A stretch of DNA of 50,207 nt from Candidatus Woesearchaeota archaeon (GTDB lineage Archaea > Nanobdellota > Nanobdellia > SCGC-AAA011-G17 > GW2011-AR20). The stretch lies in NCBI GenBank assembly GCA_016181245.1, contig JACOZR010000017.1:1-50207 (forward strand). Reading direction: 5' to 3'. Shown piece by piece: positions 1 through 8,386 of the stretch. Position 1 is the stretch's first letter. Every line of letters starts with the position of its first letter. The position numbers were made by a program, and so were the translations under genes. Below the pieces are notes generated by a model, which worked only from the letters and a program-made list of their open reading frames with translations, was not told where the DNA came from and did not search any database.

Positions 1-27
1 ACTCTTTGAGTAAGCCCTCATCAGATA

Positions 28-59
28 CCTCGACCTTTAGGTCGAGGAGTATCATTTTT
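28..59 (+). terminator. Hairpin (CCTCGACC-TTTA-GGTCGAGG) followed by a T5 run. Possible terminator of a + strand gene lying left of the window.
   Basis: 8-bp perfect stem at 28-35/40-47 and TTTTT at 55-59, read directly. Confidence 0.3.
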
Positions 60-71
60 GTAAACTCCTAT

Positions 72-557
72 TTAATTTAATTCTGCTCTTTTTTTCGTGT
101 TTTCTCTTTCTTTTTCTTCTTCAAGATGCTCATATGATCTGGTATAATATAGTTTCAAGTTTTCTCTAAGTTTCGTAGCTATTTCTTCTAGTTCTCCTTG
201 TTCAAGTTTTCTGTATCTGTAACAGGCTTTATAGGTAATTTCAACCCTCGGTTCATGGTGTGACAAGTCTAGACTACTGTACAAGAAGACTATAGGAAAC
301 TCGTCTTCTCTTTCAGGAGGAAAGTCTTCTTTTATACCACAACTGAGGTTATCAACTACTTCTGCTATGCTTTCTGGTTGTCTACCCGAGGTTCTATTTG
401 TTACCTCTTCTATACCACAAAGATTTCTAACACTTTTATTTTTTCCTGTCCTTCTTTTTTCCTCAAAAAAAGATCCTATATATTGTCTATTGCTGGAATT
501 TCCTATTTCCTCTAGGCATAATAAATTCACTTTTATGTTTGTGATATTGTGTGACAT
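72..557 (-). CDS. Hypothetical protein (161 aa), outside the left repeat of the integrated element
   Basis: Long ORF with an acidic/basic coiled C-terminus. No motif recognised. Confidence 0.5.
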   Translation of the reverse strand: MSHNITNIKVNLLCLEEIGNSSNRQYIGSFFEEKRRTGKNKSVRNLCGIEEVTNRTSGRQPESIAEVVDNLSCGIKEDFPPEREDEFPIVFLYSSLDLSHHEPRVEITYKACYRYRKLEQGELEEIATKLRENLKLYYTRSYEHLEEEKERENTKKRAELN

Positions 558-577
558 CTTCTTTAGTTTAAAAATAA

Positions 578-591
578 CCGCCGCGACTGGG
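578..591. repeat. att-type direct repeat, distal copy (CCGCCGCGACTGGG)
   Basis: Perfect 14-bp GC-rich match to 14039-14052 in the same orientation. There is no T-loop or other tRNA context beside this copy. Confidence 0.7.
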
Positions 592-680
592 CAAAGAGGC
601 TTTAAGTAGACGCCCCGTCATATTTGATTTATTTGTATTACAAATTTATATAAATAAGTTATCTTTAAAATATTATTGTT

Positions 681-830
681 ATGGTAAAATTACAATCCTA
701 TAAAGGCAAGTATTTTTTGACTGTTCCTAAAGATAAGATTAGAAGAGGAGATCTTAAAGCTGGAGATGAGTTTGATGTAGATGCTACTTCTGGTAGTATT
801 GTTTTTGTTAAGCTAAGAAAGGAAAATTGA
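681..830 (+). CDS. AbrB/SpoVT-like (swapped-hairpin) small DNA-binding protein, 49 aa. Not in the ORF track.
   Basis: Translation is MVKLQSYKGKYFLTVPKDKIRRGDLKAGDEFDVDATSGSIVFVKLRKEN. This fits the pattern 'xxVTIPKxIRxxLxIKxGDxhxh'. A TATA-like ttatataaat lies upstream. Confidence 0.6.
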   Translation: MVKLQSYKGKYFLTVPKDKIRRGDLKAGDEFDVDATSGSIVFVKLRKEN

Positions 831-916
831 TAATCTGCTGTTTTATACAGTTTGTCTAAAAAAATAGAAAAGTATATAAATGATTTAACCTTGTAATTTA
901 TGTTGAAGGTTGCGGG

Positions 917-1013
917 TTGTTTACCCCCTTTGAAGGAAGCCAATCTGATTACCTCCTAAATGCTGAAGAATTTACATTCATCGTTCCAAAGGAAAGATGA
1001 AGGGGGTAAACAA
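917..1013. repeat. Perfect 14-bp inverted repeat (TTGTTTACCCCCTT / AAGGGGGTAAACAA) separated by 69 nt
   Basis: Arms at 917-930 and 1000-1013, read directly. They lie in an apparently non-coding stretch. Confidence 0.5.
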
Positions 1014-1021
1014 GATGTAAA

Positions 1022-1279
1022 ATGGTACAACTTTCAACAGGTTGTATTGCAATCTTAAGAAAATTGCTCAACCAAAGAAGGATAGGTGGAAAGCATATTC
1101 CTGAAACCTTATGCCTAAGATGGGTAAAACACTTGTCAAAGGATGAGCATAAAATAGCTTTAAAGGATTGGGAGTGGTGCATTAAAGAAGGGTTAGTATT
1201 AACAAAATCTAAACCTTCTGCGAGGCATGTGTTCCTTAATCCAAAAAGGTTGCCAGAAATCTATGATTTGGTAAAGTAA
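1022..1279 (+). CDS. Hypothetical small basic protein (85 aa)
   Basis: ORF only. No motif recognised. Confidence 0.4.
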   Translation: MVQLSTGCIAILRKLLNQRRIGGKHIPETLCLRWVKHLSKDEHKIALKDWEWCIKEGLVLTKSKPSARHVFLNPKRLPEIYDLVK

Positions 1280-1404
1280 TTACTTAAGATAAAATACAAT
1301 CCAGAAAAGTATCACCTCTTACCTATCAGGATGGTAAGGGGTTCATATTTATAAAACTAGCGAAAAAAGAGGTGAATAATGTGGTAAGGGGGATAGGAGC
1401 TAAA

Positions 1405-1737
1405 ATGAAGAGTGTAAAATGGGGGGCTTTCTGTGAGGTTTTTGGGGTGACCCCTAGAAATAGAGTAATAGAATTTTTCTTAGAGATGAGAGAGCTAGAC
1501 TTCACTATAGGGGACGTAGCAAGAGAAACAGGATTGAATAGAGCAACGACTTATAACACAATGGAAGATCTAATTCAAGAGGGGTATATAACTCCTACAA
1601 GAAAGGTTAGTGGGGGGCAGTTGTATAAGTTAAATATAGAAAGAAGAGAAGTAAAAGTTTTGGTAGATGCATTTAACCTACTACTGAAAAAAGTGGTAAA
1701 TGAATATGAAAAGAAGCCTAAAAAGATGTATGCATAA
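1405..1737 (+). CDS. Winged-HTH transcriptional regulator (MarR/ArsR-like)
   Basis: Contains FTIGDVARETGLNRATTYNTMEDLIQEGYITPTRK...LYKLN. ATG at 1405 follows a GGAG. The track's alternative start is 1372. Confidence 0.6.
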   Translation: MKSVKWGAFCEVFGVTPRNRVIEFFLEMRELDFTIGDVARETGLNRATTYNTMEDLIQEGYITPTRKVSGGQLYKLNIERREVKVLVDAFNLLLKKVVNEYEKKPKKMYA

Positions 1738-1770
1738 CCAAAAGGGGAATTTGGTGTTGAAGAAATAAAA

Positions 1771-2604
1771 ATGATAAGTCATTTACAACGTTTACAAAAA
1801 TATTATAGAACTTCAAAATATGGATATAGCTTTCTTCTTTGGGGGTCAAAACATTTTGGTTTTTATCCAATAGACAAAAATATACCTGAAAGTGAAGCAC
1901 AAAAATTAATGCAAGATTTAATAGCTAAAAAATTAAAAATTACAAATAAAGATATTGTTCTTGATGCTGGATGTGGGAGGGGGGTGGTGTCTACTTATCT
2001 AGCAAAGAGATACAAATGTAGTGTTAAAGGAATTGATTTGATAGAATTTGAACTTAAAATGGCTGATTCTCTTGCTAGGGAATTAAATGTTTCTAAGAGC
2101 GTCGAATTTTACTCAATGGACTACTCAAATATGAAATTTAAAAATAACTCTTTTGATTGTTTGTATACAATGGAAACGCTATCTCACTCTATAAATATTA
2201 GAAAAACTTTGAGAGAATTATATAGGGTACTAAAAAAGAATGGTAGAATAGCGCTTTTTGAATACACAATAGCAGATGATAAGGAATTTTCTAGTTATGA
2301 AATGAAAATGCTTGAGACTGTTGCTTATAGCTCAGCAATGGATGGTCTCAAAAGCTTTAGACACAACCAATTTCAAAATATATTAAAAGAAGTGGGATTT
2401 AAAAATATCAAAGTTGAAGATATTACTGGCAATACAGCACCATCTATATATAGATTAAGGAGATACCTCATTTTACCTTATTATTTGTTTGTCAAGCCTT
2501 TTAGTTTACAAAAGAGATATCCAAATGCAACTGCGGCCATTGAGTTTACTAAAATGGGAGAAAAAGGATTAGTTAGATATAATGTTTTTACTGCAACAAA
2601 GTAG
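1771..2604 (+). CDS. Class I SAM-dependent methyltransferase
   Basis: Motif I VLDAGCGRGVVSTYLA, and post-I/II spacing typical of Methyltransf_11/CFA-synthase-like enzymes. Confidence 0.8.
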   Translation: MISHLQRLQKYYRTSKYGYSFLLWGSKHFGFYPIDKNIPESEAQKLMQDLIAKKLKITNKDIVLDAGCGRGVVSTYLAKRYKCSVKGIDLIEFELKMADSLARELNVSKSVEFYSMDYSNMKFKNNSFDCLYTMETLSHSINIRKTLRELYRVLKKNGRIALFEYTIADDKEFSSYEMKMLETVAYSSAMDGLKSFRHNQFQNILKEVGFKNIKVEDITGNTAPSIYRLRRYLILPYYLFVKPFSLQKRYPNATAAIEFTKMGEKGLVRYNVFTATK

Positions 2605-2715
2605 AGTGAAGACCCGGCATTAAATAAATGGATGGATGAACCTCAAAGAGATTTAGATTTCTTAGGATCAATAGAAAGATTTATATATTATATCAACTGA
2701 TATAACTTGATTAAA

Positions 2716-2912
2716 ATGCAAGAAGAGATTTTAGATAGAAAAAGTGTATTGAGGTTTCCTAGATTGGACAGACCTTTTGTGTTATTATAGACTATCTGCT
2801 TTACTCTAGGAAGATATCAATAGATGCTGAAGGAAAAATTGGATGGACATACTATCCTAAAGAAATAAAGGAATATTCATTACAAAAGCATTTGTTTTGG
2901 AGAAAAAAGTGA
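2716..2912 (+). pseudogene. Possible frameshifted remnant of a small upstream (antitoxin-position) gene
   Basis: An ATG ORF at 2716-2790 stops early. A second frame is open from 2763 to a TGA at 2910-2912, which overlaps an in-frame GTG (2909) of the RelE-like gene. That second frame has no ATG. Confidence 0.2.
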
Positions 2913-3244
2913 ATCTTCCCAGTAAAGTAAAATTTGCAGATGAGAGACTACAGAAAGCCTTTGAGCAATTAGAGCAAGGAAAAGGAGATGAAAGAAAACT
3001 TTATGATTGGTTAGTTAGAGCTTTTGAAGATATTGAAGAAAATGCATTTTGTGGCATCCAAGTTCCAAAGAGATTAATTCCTAAGGGATATATCCAAAAA
3101 TATGATGTACATAACATTTGGAAGTACAACTTACCTAATGCATGGAGGCTAGTATATAGTATAGAAAACCAAGAGATTTTAGTGGTATCTATTATTCTTG
3201 AGTGGATGACTCATAAGGAGTATGAAAAGAGATTCGGATATTAG
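2897..3244 (+). CDS. RelE/ParE-superfamily toxin-like protein
   Basis: C-terminal IWKYNLPNAWRLVYSIENQEILVVSIILEWMTHKEYEKRFGY resembles the RelE/ParE core. Start is TTG 2897 or GTG 2909. Confidence 0.55.
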   Translation: MEKKVNLPSKVKFADERLQKAFEQLEQGKGDERKLYDWLVRAFEDIEENAFCGIQVPKRLIPKGYIQKYDVHNIWKYNLPNAWRLVYSIENQEILVVSIILEWMTHKEYEKRFGY

Positions 3245-3251
3245 GGATGAA

Positions 3252-3629
3252 ATGGAAAAAATGCAAAACTTTAATGTTAGCTACGATAAAGAAGTTGATG
3301 ATTTGTTCTTATTTAGCCCAAAAGAGAAGTCTAAGGGCAGTATAGAAATAGGGGATATAGTTATTGATATGAACAACAAAAAAGAAGTTGTTGGTATCCA
3401 GATAATGAATGCTGTTGAGCTTCTTATAGATTTAACAGAAGAAAGGTTAGATCCTCAATACGTAGAGAATGAAATAAATGGTCTTAAGAAGTGCAAAGTA
3501 GATTTTAAAGTTAAAAATAATTTGCTCTTAATAAAAATGTATATTTTTAAGAGACCAACTATCCTATCAGTTCCCTGTATTAAGACCCCCAGTCCTGCAC
3601 TATATCATAATAATTCTTTGGCGGTTTAA
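3252..3629 (+). CDS. DUF2283-like protein (putative antitoxin partner)
   Basis: YDKEVDDLFLF...GDIVIDMNNKKEVVGIQIMNAVELL matches the YDxExDxLYI...GIEIL pattern of DUF2283. ATG at 3252. Confidence 0.5.
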   Translation: MEKMQNFNVSYDKEVDDLFLFSPKEKSKGSIEIGDIVIDMNNKKEVVGIQIMNAVELLIDLTEERLDPQYVENEINGLKKCKVDFKVKNNLLLIKMYIFKRPTILSVPCIKTPSPALYHNNSLAV

Positions 3630-3662
3630 TGCTGGTTTTAGCTATTGGTTTAAGAGGAGAGA

Positions 3663-4586
3663 ATGAGAAGAGATGAAAAAATAATAAAAAAGGTTCTGGA
3701 AATCTTGTTAGGGCAGTCACTAAATAAAGACAAGAGGTATATGGAGACTATAGAATTCTATAAAGCACTTGTATCTAATGGTATATCTAAAGATGAATTT
3801 GATAGTATGAAACATCTTCTAAAGGGTGATACACTTTCTGAGAGTTTGATTACTGAAGTAACAAGAAGAGAAGGGGATAATCCAAACATAATAAGGATAA
3901 ACGAGAAGGTGGGGATACTTTATTTAGAAAAGTTAGAGCAAAAAGAAAGAGATGAAAAAAGAGATGAGTTGCAGTTAGAACTAAAGAAAATACAAAGTCA
4001 ACAGAAAAACTCTAATATTGGGCTAACAATAGCCTTTATTCTTGTTACTCTTTTTGTGGGATACCTTAGTTGGAGTGTAGGTATGAACCAGGTGGCAATA
4101 AGTGGAATGCAAACAAAAATCTCAGAAAGAAGCTCCTTATCTGTTGAACCAAACATAAGAGTTTGGACAGAAGGAATCCAACCGATAATAGTTAACGCTG
4201 AAGGATTAATAAAACCAAATGAGGAAGAAGCACAAATAGGCACTAGTCTTAGGCTATGCATGAGAAACTTAGCTTTAGCAGAGTTAGATTCTATTAACTT
4301 CAATTTAAAGGAAAAAGACACGTTTGACAGTAACGGAGGAGTAATTTATAATCTTGGTATTGAAAAACAATGTACCGATATGAGAATAAGACAAAAGGGT
4401 TGCGATTGGGGCACATTGACAAAGTGTGATGCTGATAAGTTTGAAGAAGGAAAAGTGTATACAACACCAATCTTATTGTACGGTGAAGATAAATACTGGT
4501 TATATAATTTAGATATCTGTGTTTACAAGGAAAATCCTGAGCCATGTTATGAAAAGAAAAGAGGAAATATAATCTTGCTAAACTAA
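3663..4586 (+). CDS. Single-pass membrane protein with a Cys-rich extracytoplasmic C-domain
   Basis: A hydrophobic helix IGLTIAFILVTLFVGYLSW sits mid-protein. AGGAG precedes the ATG. Confidence 0.55.
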   Translation: MRRDEKIIKKVLEILLGQSLNKDKRYMETIEFYKALVSNGISKDEFDSMKHLLKGDTLSESLITEVTRREGDNPNIIRINEKVGILYLEKLEQKERDEKRDELQLELKKIQSQQKNSNIGLTIAFILVTLFVGYLSWSVGMNQVAISGMQTKISERSSLSVEPNIRVWTEGIQPIIVNAEGLIKPNEEEAQIGTSLRLCMRNLALAELDSINFNLKEKDTFDSNGGVIYNLGIEKQCTDMRIRQKGCDWGTLTKCDADKFEEGKVYTTPILLYGEDKYWLYNLDICVYKENPEPCYEKKRGNIILLN

Positions 4587-5333
4587 CCCACAATCAAACT
4601 TCTCAATATCACTTCTTTTATTCTCAAAAAGCTCAGGTTCTCTGATCTGAATTAAAGGATCTTGTATTAATGGAAATGGCTCAATCTTTATTTCTTGTAT
4701 ATGTTTATGCCCCTCTTTGTTATCAAAGTCCTTGAAGGCTTCTTGTACTGCCTCACGAGACTTCTTATCATCAAAAATATGGGTATAGACATTTAGTGTG
4801 GTAGATGGTTGCCTATGGCCTAAAGTTTTAGATATGACTAGTAAATCTACTTTGTTTTCATTTAGCCAGGATGCATAGAAATGTCTTAGCTTGTGCATGC
4901 TCCAATTACACATCTTATTACCGTTCTTGGCCGTTTTGTATGTGCTGTAGAATCTGCTTTGCTTGAAAAACATATTGAAGTAAACCATTACAGTCATTGG
5001 TGTAACATGAGTTTTTGAGCTGTTGTCTCTGTGTTGTGCATAAAAGATATAGCCTTCTTTGAACTTAGATTCATGCTTGCTTATGTAATCCAAAAGAAGT
5101 TCTTTAAGCTTGGAGCACATTGGCACTACTCTAGATCTGCCATACTTAGCCCCCTCTTCAGAAACATGAATTGATTGTTGCTCAAAATCTAGATCTTGCA
5201 ATCTTAAATGAACAATCTCTTTAATCCTTAATCCAGCAGTAGCCCCAACCCATAGGATAGTCTTATACTTTTCATTTGGTACAGACTCTATGAACTCTTT
5301 TAACTCCTCTATTTTTGGAATTTTAAAACTCAT
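4578..5333 (-). CDS. Short tyrosine recombinase (Xer-like catalytic domain only)
   Basis: Contains GLRIKEI (Arg I), HKLRHFYASW (HxxR) and LGHRQPSTTLNVYTH (His/Tyr). Confidence 0.8.
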   Translation of the reverse strand: MSFKIPKIEELKEFIESVPNEKYKTILWVGATAGLRIKEIVHLRLQDLDFEQQSIHVSEEGAKYGRSRVVPMCSKLKELLLDYISKHESKFKEGYIFYAQHRDNSSKTHVTPMTVMVYFNMFFKQSRFYSTYKTAKNGNKMCNWSMHKLRHFYASWLNENKVDLLVISKTLGHRQPSTTLNVYTHIFDDKKSREAVQEAFKDFDNKEGHKHIQEIKIEPFPLIQDPLIQIREPELFENKRSDIEKFDCGLV

Positions 5334-5433
5334 AGCTTATGACAAGAAAAGCTTCTATATAAATATATGCCTTTTTTTGTAATAAAAGCATATATACAAA
5401 AAATTTAAATAGTAGAAGTGTTATGTACAGTAC

Positions 5434-6108
5434 ATGTCTAGCCAAGGTTTTCTAAACTGTATTGACCTAAAGAAGATAAAGAAAGGAAGCTTGAGAGATT
5501 ACGTTAAGAAGTACCAGGTTCCAGAAATATATCTTAAGATAGACTTAGGCTTAGATAGTGAAGAATCTATAGAGCCTTTGATAGATACTAGCAGTTTTAT
5601 TCTAACGAGCCAGGGAAAACTAATTTTAGAAAGAGGAGTAGAGTCAAATCTTTTTTTAGGGAATAATGAAAAGTTCTCTGATAAGCTTAGAAGAAAAGGC
5701 ATATACAACGAAGGGGTAGATGCACTATTCCTGGAGATGGGGGGGATTATACTTAGGGCAGTTCGGCATAAAACAAGGAGAAACATATTGAAGATAATTG
5801 CTCTAAAGAAGTCTGTCAATCTTTACCAACTAGCTGGATTATTAAAAAAAGATTATTCTAGGATCTACAGGCATGTACAGGTTTTAGAAAAAGCTGGCAT
5901 AGTCAAGACAAAGATTCAGAAAGGCAAGGGAAAAAGAGAAGAAAAAATAGTAGAGCCATTAGTTAAGTTTGTATTTTCTTCAGAGCTGATAAAGATGAAG
6001 CTGGATAATTTTGATAAGATGAAGAAGGAATTAAAGAAGGCTCATGAAGAGCAGTTAAAGGAAGAAGAGAAAGCTAGGCATAAACTTATTGCTGGGGATC
6101 AGAAATGA
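5434..6108 (+). CDS. ArsR-type wHTH protein with an unknown N-domain and a K/E-rich tail
   Basis: Contains RRNILKIIALKKSVNLYQLAGLLKKDYSRIYRHVQVLEKAGIVKT. Confidence 0.65.
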   Translation: MSSQGFLNCIDLKKIKKGSLRDYVKKYQVPEIYLKIDLGLDSEESIEPLIDTSSFILTSQGKLILERGVESNLFLGNNEKFSDKLRRKGIYNEGVDALFLEMGGIILRAVRHKTRRNILKIIALKKSVNLYQLAGLLKKDYSRIYRHVQVLEKAGIVKTKIQKGKGKREEKIVEPLVKFVFSSELIKMKLDNFDKMKKELKKAHEEQLKEEEKARHKLIAGDQK

Positions 6109-6617
6109 AGTTTCAGTTAGGAAGAAAAAAAGTTGAAGAAATTGAAGAGTTAATAGACACCAACTGCTGGAAGGCGTTTGTTTGGATACATGTTCTTTTA
6201 CAACAACAGTTATATCACATTTATTTCTTTGGTATACAAAAGAAACCTTTAGGATACGTAAAGCACAGCGAGACTAAAAAGAATTATAGCTATGGATATA
6301 TGGGAATAAGGAAAGCAGGAAAAAGAAAGACTGATGAATTTGACAAGAAATGGAAATTGATGGAAAAGAGAGTAGCGAGGAATTTCTTACCTATCACGCA
6401 TTTATGCTATTCATGTAGCTTAATAGATGATGATACGTATAATAGTCTAGAGAGATATAACAAGTTTAGAAATAGTAAGATAGGTCACCCCACTATTCAC
6501 GAATATTTAGCATCTGATGAAGAAGTCAAGGAATCGTGTAAGAATGGAATTGCTCTTGTTAGAAAGCTAGATAAGATCTATGAAAAAATACTTACCGATC
6601 TACCTCAAAGAAAATGA
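6105..6617 (+). CDS. Putative HEPN-like protein (170 aa)
   Basis: RYNKFRNSKIGHP fits the HEPN Rx4-6H / RNxxxH signature in an alpha-helical context. Its ATGA start overlaps the upstream stop. Confidence 0.45.
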   Translation: MKFQLGRKKVEEIEELIDTNCWKAFVWIHVLLQQQLYHIYFFGIQKKPLGYVKHSETKKNYSYGYMGIRKAGKRKTDEFDKKWKLMEKRVARNFLPITHLCYSCSLIDDDTYNSLERYNKFRNSKIGHPTIHEYLASDEEVKESCKNGIALVRKLDKIYEKILTDLPQRK

Positions 6618-6838
6618 AGTATACAAAATTAAGGGGTCAAAATCTACACGACATTAGAATCGCTATGTTTGTGGCAATTCTGATTGTCTTTGTTGAGTTT
6701 ATCGGTTCTATAATCCAGCATTATCTAATAAAGTGGGGGTTTAGCCAGACAGTATCTAATATTATATACTATCTGTCTGTACTAATTATACTGTTGTATC
6801 TTTTTAACAAGTTGTTCAAAGACAGGAGTGTTAAATAA
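6614..6838 (+). CDS. Small 2-TM membrane protein (74 aa)
   Basis: Two hydrophobic helices. A 4-nt overlap with the upstream gene. Confidence 0.55.
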   Translation: MKYTKLRGQNLHDIRIAMFVAILIVFVEFIGSIIQHYLIKWGFSQTVSNIIYYLSVLIILLYLFNKLFKDRSVK

Positions 6839-7125
6839 TGCTAGGGAAAATAGTTTCATTAATAGTTTGTATAGCACTATTCTCTTTTGGTTTGTATCTT
6901 AATTCACAAGGCTTGCCTGCTGATGAAGGAGAAGCATCTCTTTTAGTAGCCAGTGAAATTGTTAAGTCCACACAGAATCCTTCAGACTCTTTGGTAGTTA
7001 AGGATATAAAAAATAACTCTTTAGAAGGGCTTAGAACTCTAGGCTTTTGGTTAACTGTTGCTTCTGTTGTTGCATTTGTTTTTGATATCCTGTTGATATG
7101 GGATGAAATAAAGAACAGATCTTAA
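6838..7125 (+). CDS. Small 2-TM membrane protein (95 aa)
   Basis: Hydrophobic helices at the N- and C-termini. A 1-nt overlap with the upstream gene. Confidence 0.55.
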   Translation: MLGKIVSLIVCIALFSFGLYLNSQGLPADEGEASLLVASEIVKSTQNPSDSLVVKDIKNNSLEGLRTLGFWLTVASVVAFVFDILLIWDEIKNRS

Positions 7126-7242
7126 TTGATTATAATTATTTTTTCTCCGTCCTTCTTATATTCCTCTAGTTTCTAAACCTTAGATTTTTTATTATTCCCT
7201 TTTCAAGGGTCTGTTAATACCTTAAATGTATGTGCATATGAG

Positions 7243-7518
7243 TTATTTAACACCTAACTTAGGATTGCTGTATTTGGGCTCTACAAGGCTTGTAGCCCTA
7301 TTCTCAACTTTTCCAACCTCTAAAGACCTGTAACACTTGGGGCATTTCTTGGGATGCTCCTTATAGGGCTTCCACTTATGGTTACAATAAGGGCACACCA
7401 TTTCATGCCTTTGTCTCTTCTCTTGCTTATTCCCCCTTTGCTTAGTCTGTCCAAGCAGTCTTAAGCCCACTTGCTGACTGATGTGAGAGAGCTCATCATT
7501 TGGGAGATGTCTGAACAC
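7243..7518 (-). CDS. Zinc-ribbon protein
   Basis: CPYC...CPKC pair. Start uncertain: GTG 7518 or an internal ATG before MVCPYC. Confidence 0.5.
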   Translation of the reverse strand: MFRHLPNDELSHISQQVGLRLLGQTKQRGNKQEKRQRHEMVCPYCNHKWKPYKEHPKKCPKCYRSLEVGKVENRATSLVEPKYSNPKLGVK

Positions 7519-7603
7519 TAATATGTGTGTGCATACACATCTAATTCAGATAGTATTACTGCATTACATCTTTCTTCGTTGCTTACTTTTTCTTTGTAGG
7601 ATA

Positions 7604-8245
7604 CTAATTTGGGCAATAGTGGTGATAACTTACTCTCTCCTTACCTGTATCATCCCACATTCTAATATAATCCTCTTTCTTCATTGTTGAAAGACTATTG
7701 CAACGGGGACAACATTCATTCTCATCATACACCGAACCATCCCCCAATAACACCTCTTGTTGTTCAAGACTTGGCATAATGATCAATCCTTTCTTTATTT
7801 CCCAATAAATAAACTCATTATTATTTGCAGCTCGCATAAACGCTTTAATGTGTTTGCTATTAAAATACCCGTAATGTGGATAATGCTCTTTAATTATCTC
7901 TAAAAATCCTTTATCAACATTTTTATTTAATTCCCCGGTTTTATCTTCAAGAATTAACTTTAAACAGCCACAGCACACAACTCTAACAGCAGTTCTGTAA
8001 TCCTTATTTCCGTGTACATGGTGGTTTATATCGAAACCACATAAACTATCTATATCCTTTTCTTCTAGGCAAATATTACAGAAGCAGAGTTCTTTCAGTA
8101 ATTCTCTAGATTTATCGTTTGAAACTAAGCTCAAAGATTCTTCAATGTATTGACTTACATTAAGATTAGTTTCTTTAACTTTTTTCCACAATTCGTTATT
8201 AATTCTAATCGAGTGTGTGCCTTTTTTTTGGTTTATTTTATCCAT
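7604..8245 (-). CDS. Cys-rich protein with an N-terminal RHH-like segment
   Basis: THSIRINNELWKKVKETNLNVSQYIEESL looks like a ribbon-helix-helix, and several CxxC pairs follow. Confidence 0.55.
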   Translation of the reverse strand: MDKINQKKGTHSIRINNELWKKVKETNLNVSQYIEESLSLVSNDKSRELLKELCFCNICLEEKDIDSLCGFDINHHVHGNKDYRTAVRVVCCGCLKLILEDKTGELNKNVDKGFLEIIKEHYPHYGYFNSKHIKAFMRAANNNEFIYWEIKKGLIIMPSLEQQEVLLGDGSVYDENECCPRCNSLSTMKKEDYIRMWDDTGKERVSYHHYCPN

Positions 8246-8381
8246 TTTTATTATCCTCCCTTTTTTTGTAATAACACTTCATGCACAGGAGCTCTGTTCT
8301 TGTGCGATTATTTGCTTCAAACAGAAAAACATCATTCCTGATGTCTTTCCCGCAGTCTTTGCATGATTGTTCTAGTTCCAT
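8238..8381 (-). CDS. 47-aa zinc-ribbon miniprotein. Not in the ORF track.
   Basis: Translation is MELEQSCKDCGKDIRNDVFLFEANNRTRTELLCMKCYYKKREDNKNG. Its stop overlaps the start of the next gene by 8 nt. Confidence 0.45.
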   Translation of the reverse strand: MELEQSCKDCGKDIRNDVFLFEANNRTRTELLCMKCYYKKREDNKNG

Positions 8382-8386
8382 TTTAT

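Noticed and set aside
367-1182. Track ORFs 367-609 (+), 698-943 (-) and 949-1182 (-)
   Set aside because: These are shadow frames antisense to, or overlapping, better models (72-557, the AbrB-like 681-830, and 1022-1279). Their translations are low-complexity or Cys/Phe/Leu-rich, as expected for AT-rich antisense frames.
3998-4593. Track ORFs 3998-4321 (-) and 4300-4593 (-)
   Set aside because: They lie entirely antisense inside the 307-aa membrane-protein gene and have no motifs. The same reasoning applies to 1718-1900, 5499-5819, 8150-8341, 9562-9822, 9943-10200, 11030-11221, 14303-14515, 14961-15149, 15219-15492, 15761-15943, 19386-19574, 23671-24070, 25387-25919, 27468-27689, 28003-28396, 28682-28984, 29485-29766, 30901-31089, 32751-33035, 33704-33892, 35153-35341, 36572-36793, 37164-37382, 37497-37742, 38826-39062, 40017-40235, 40770-40958, 42904-43101, 43684-43890, 44548-44751, 46573-46839, 48078-48293 and 49083-49295.
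7226-7535. A 12/13-bp direct repeat (ATGTATGTGCATA at 7226-7238 and ATGTGTGTGCATA at 7523-7535) flanking the 91-aa zinc-ribbon gene, as a possible cassette boundary
   Set aside because: The repeat is short, imperfect and of low complexity (TG/CA-rich). Each copy also forms a local hairpin consistent with promoter or terminator elements. That is not enough to call a mobile cassette.
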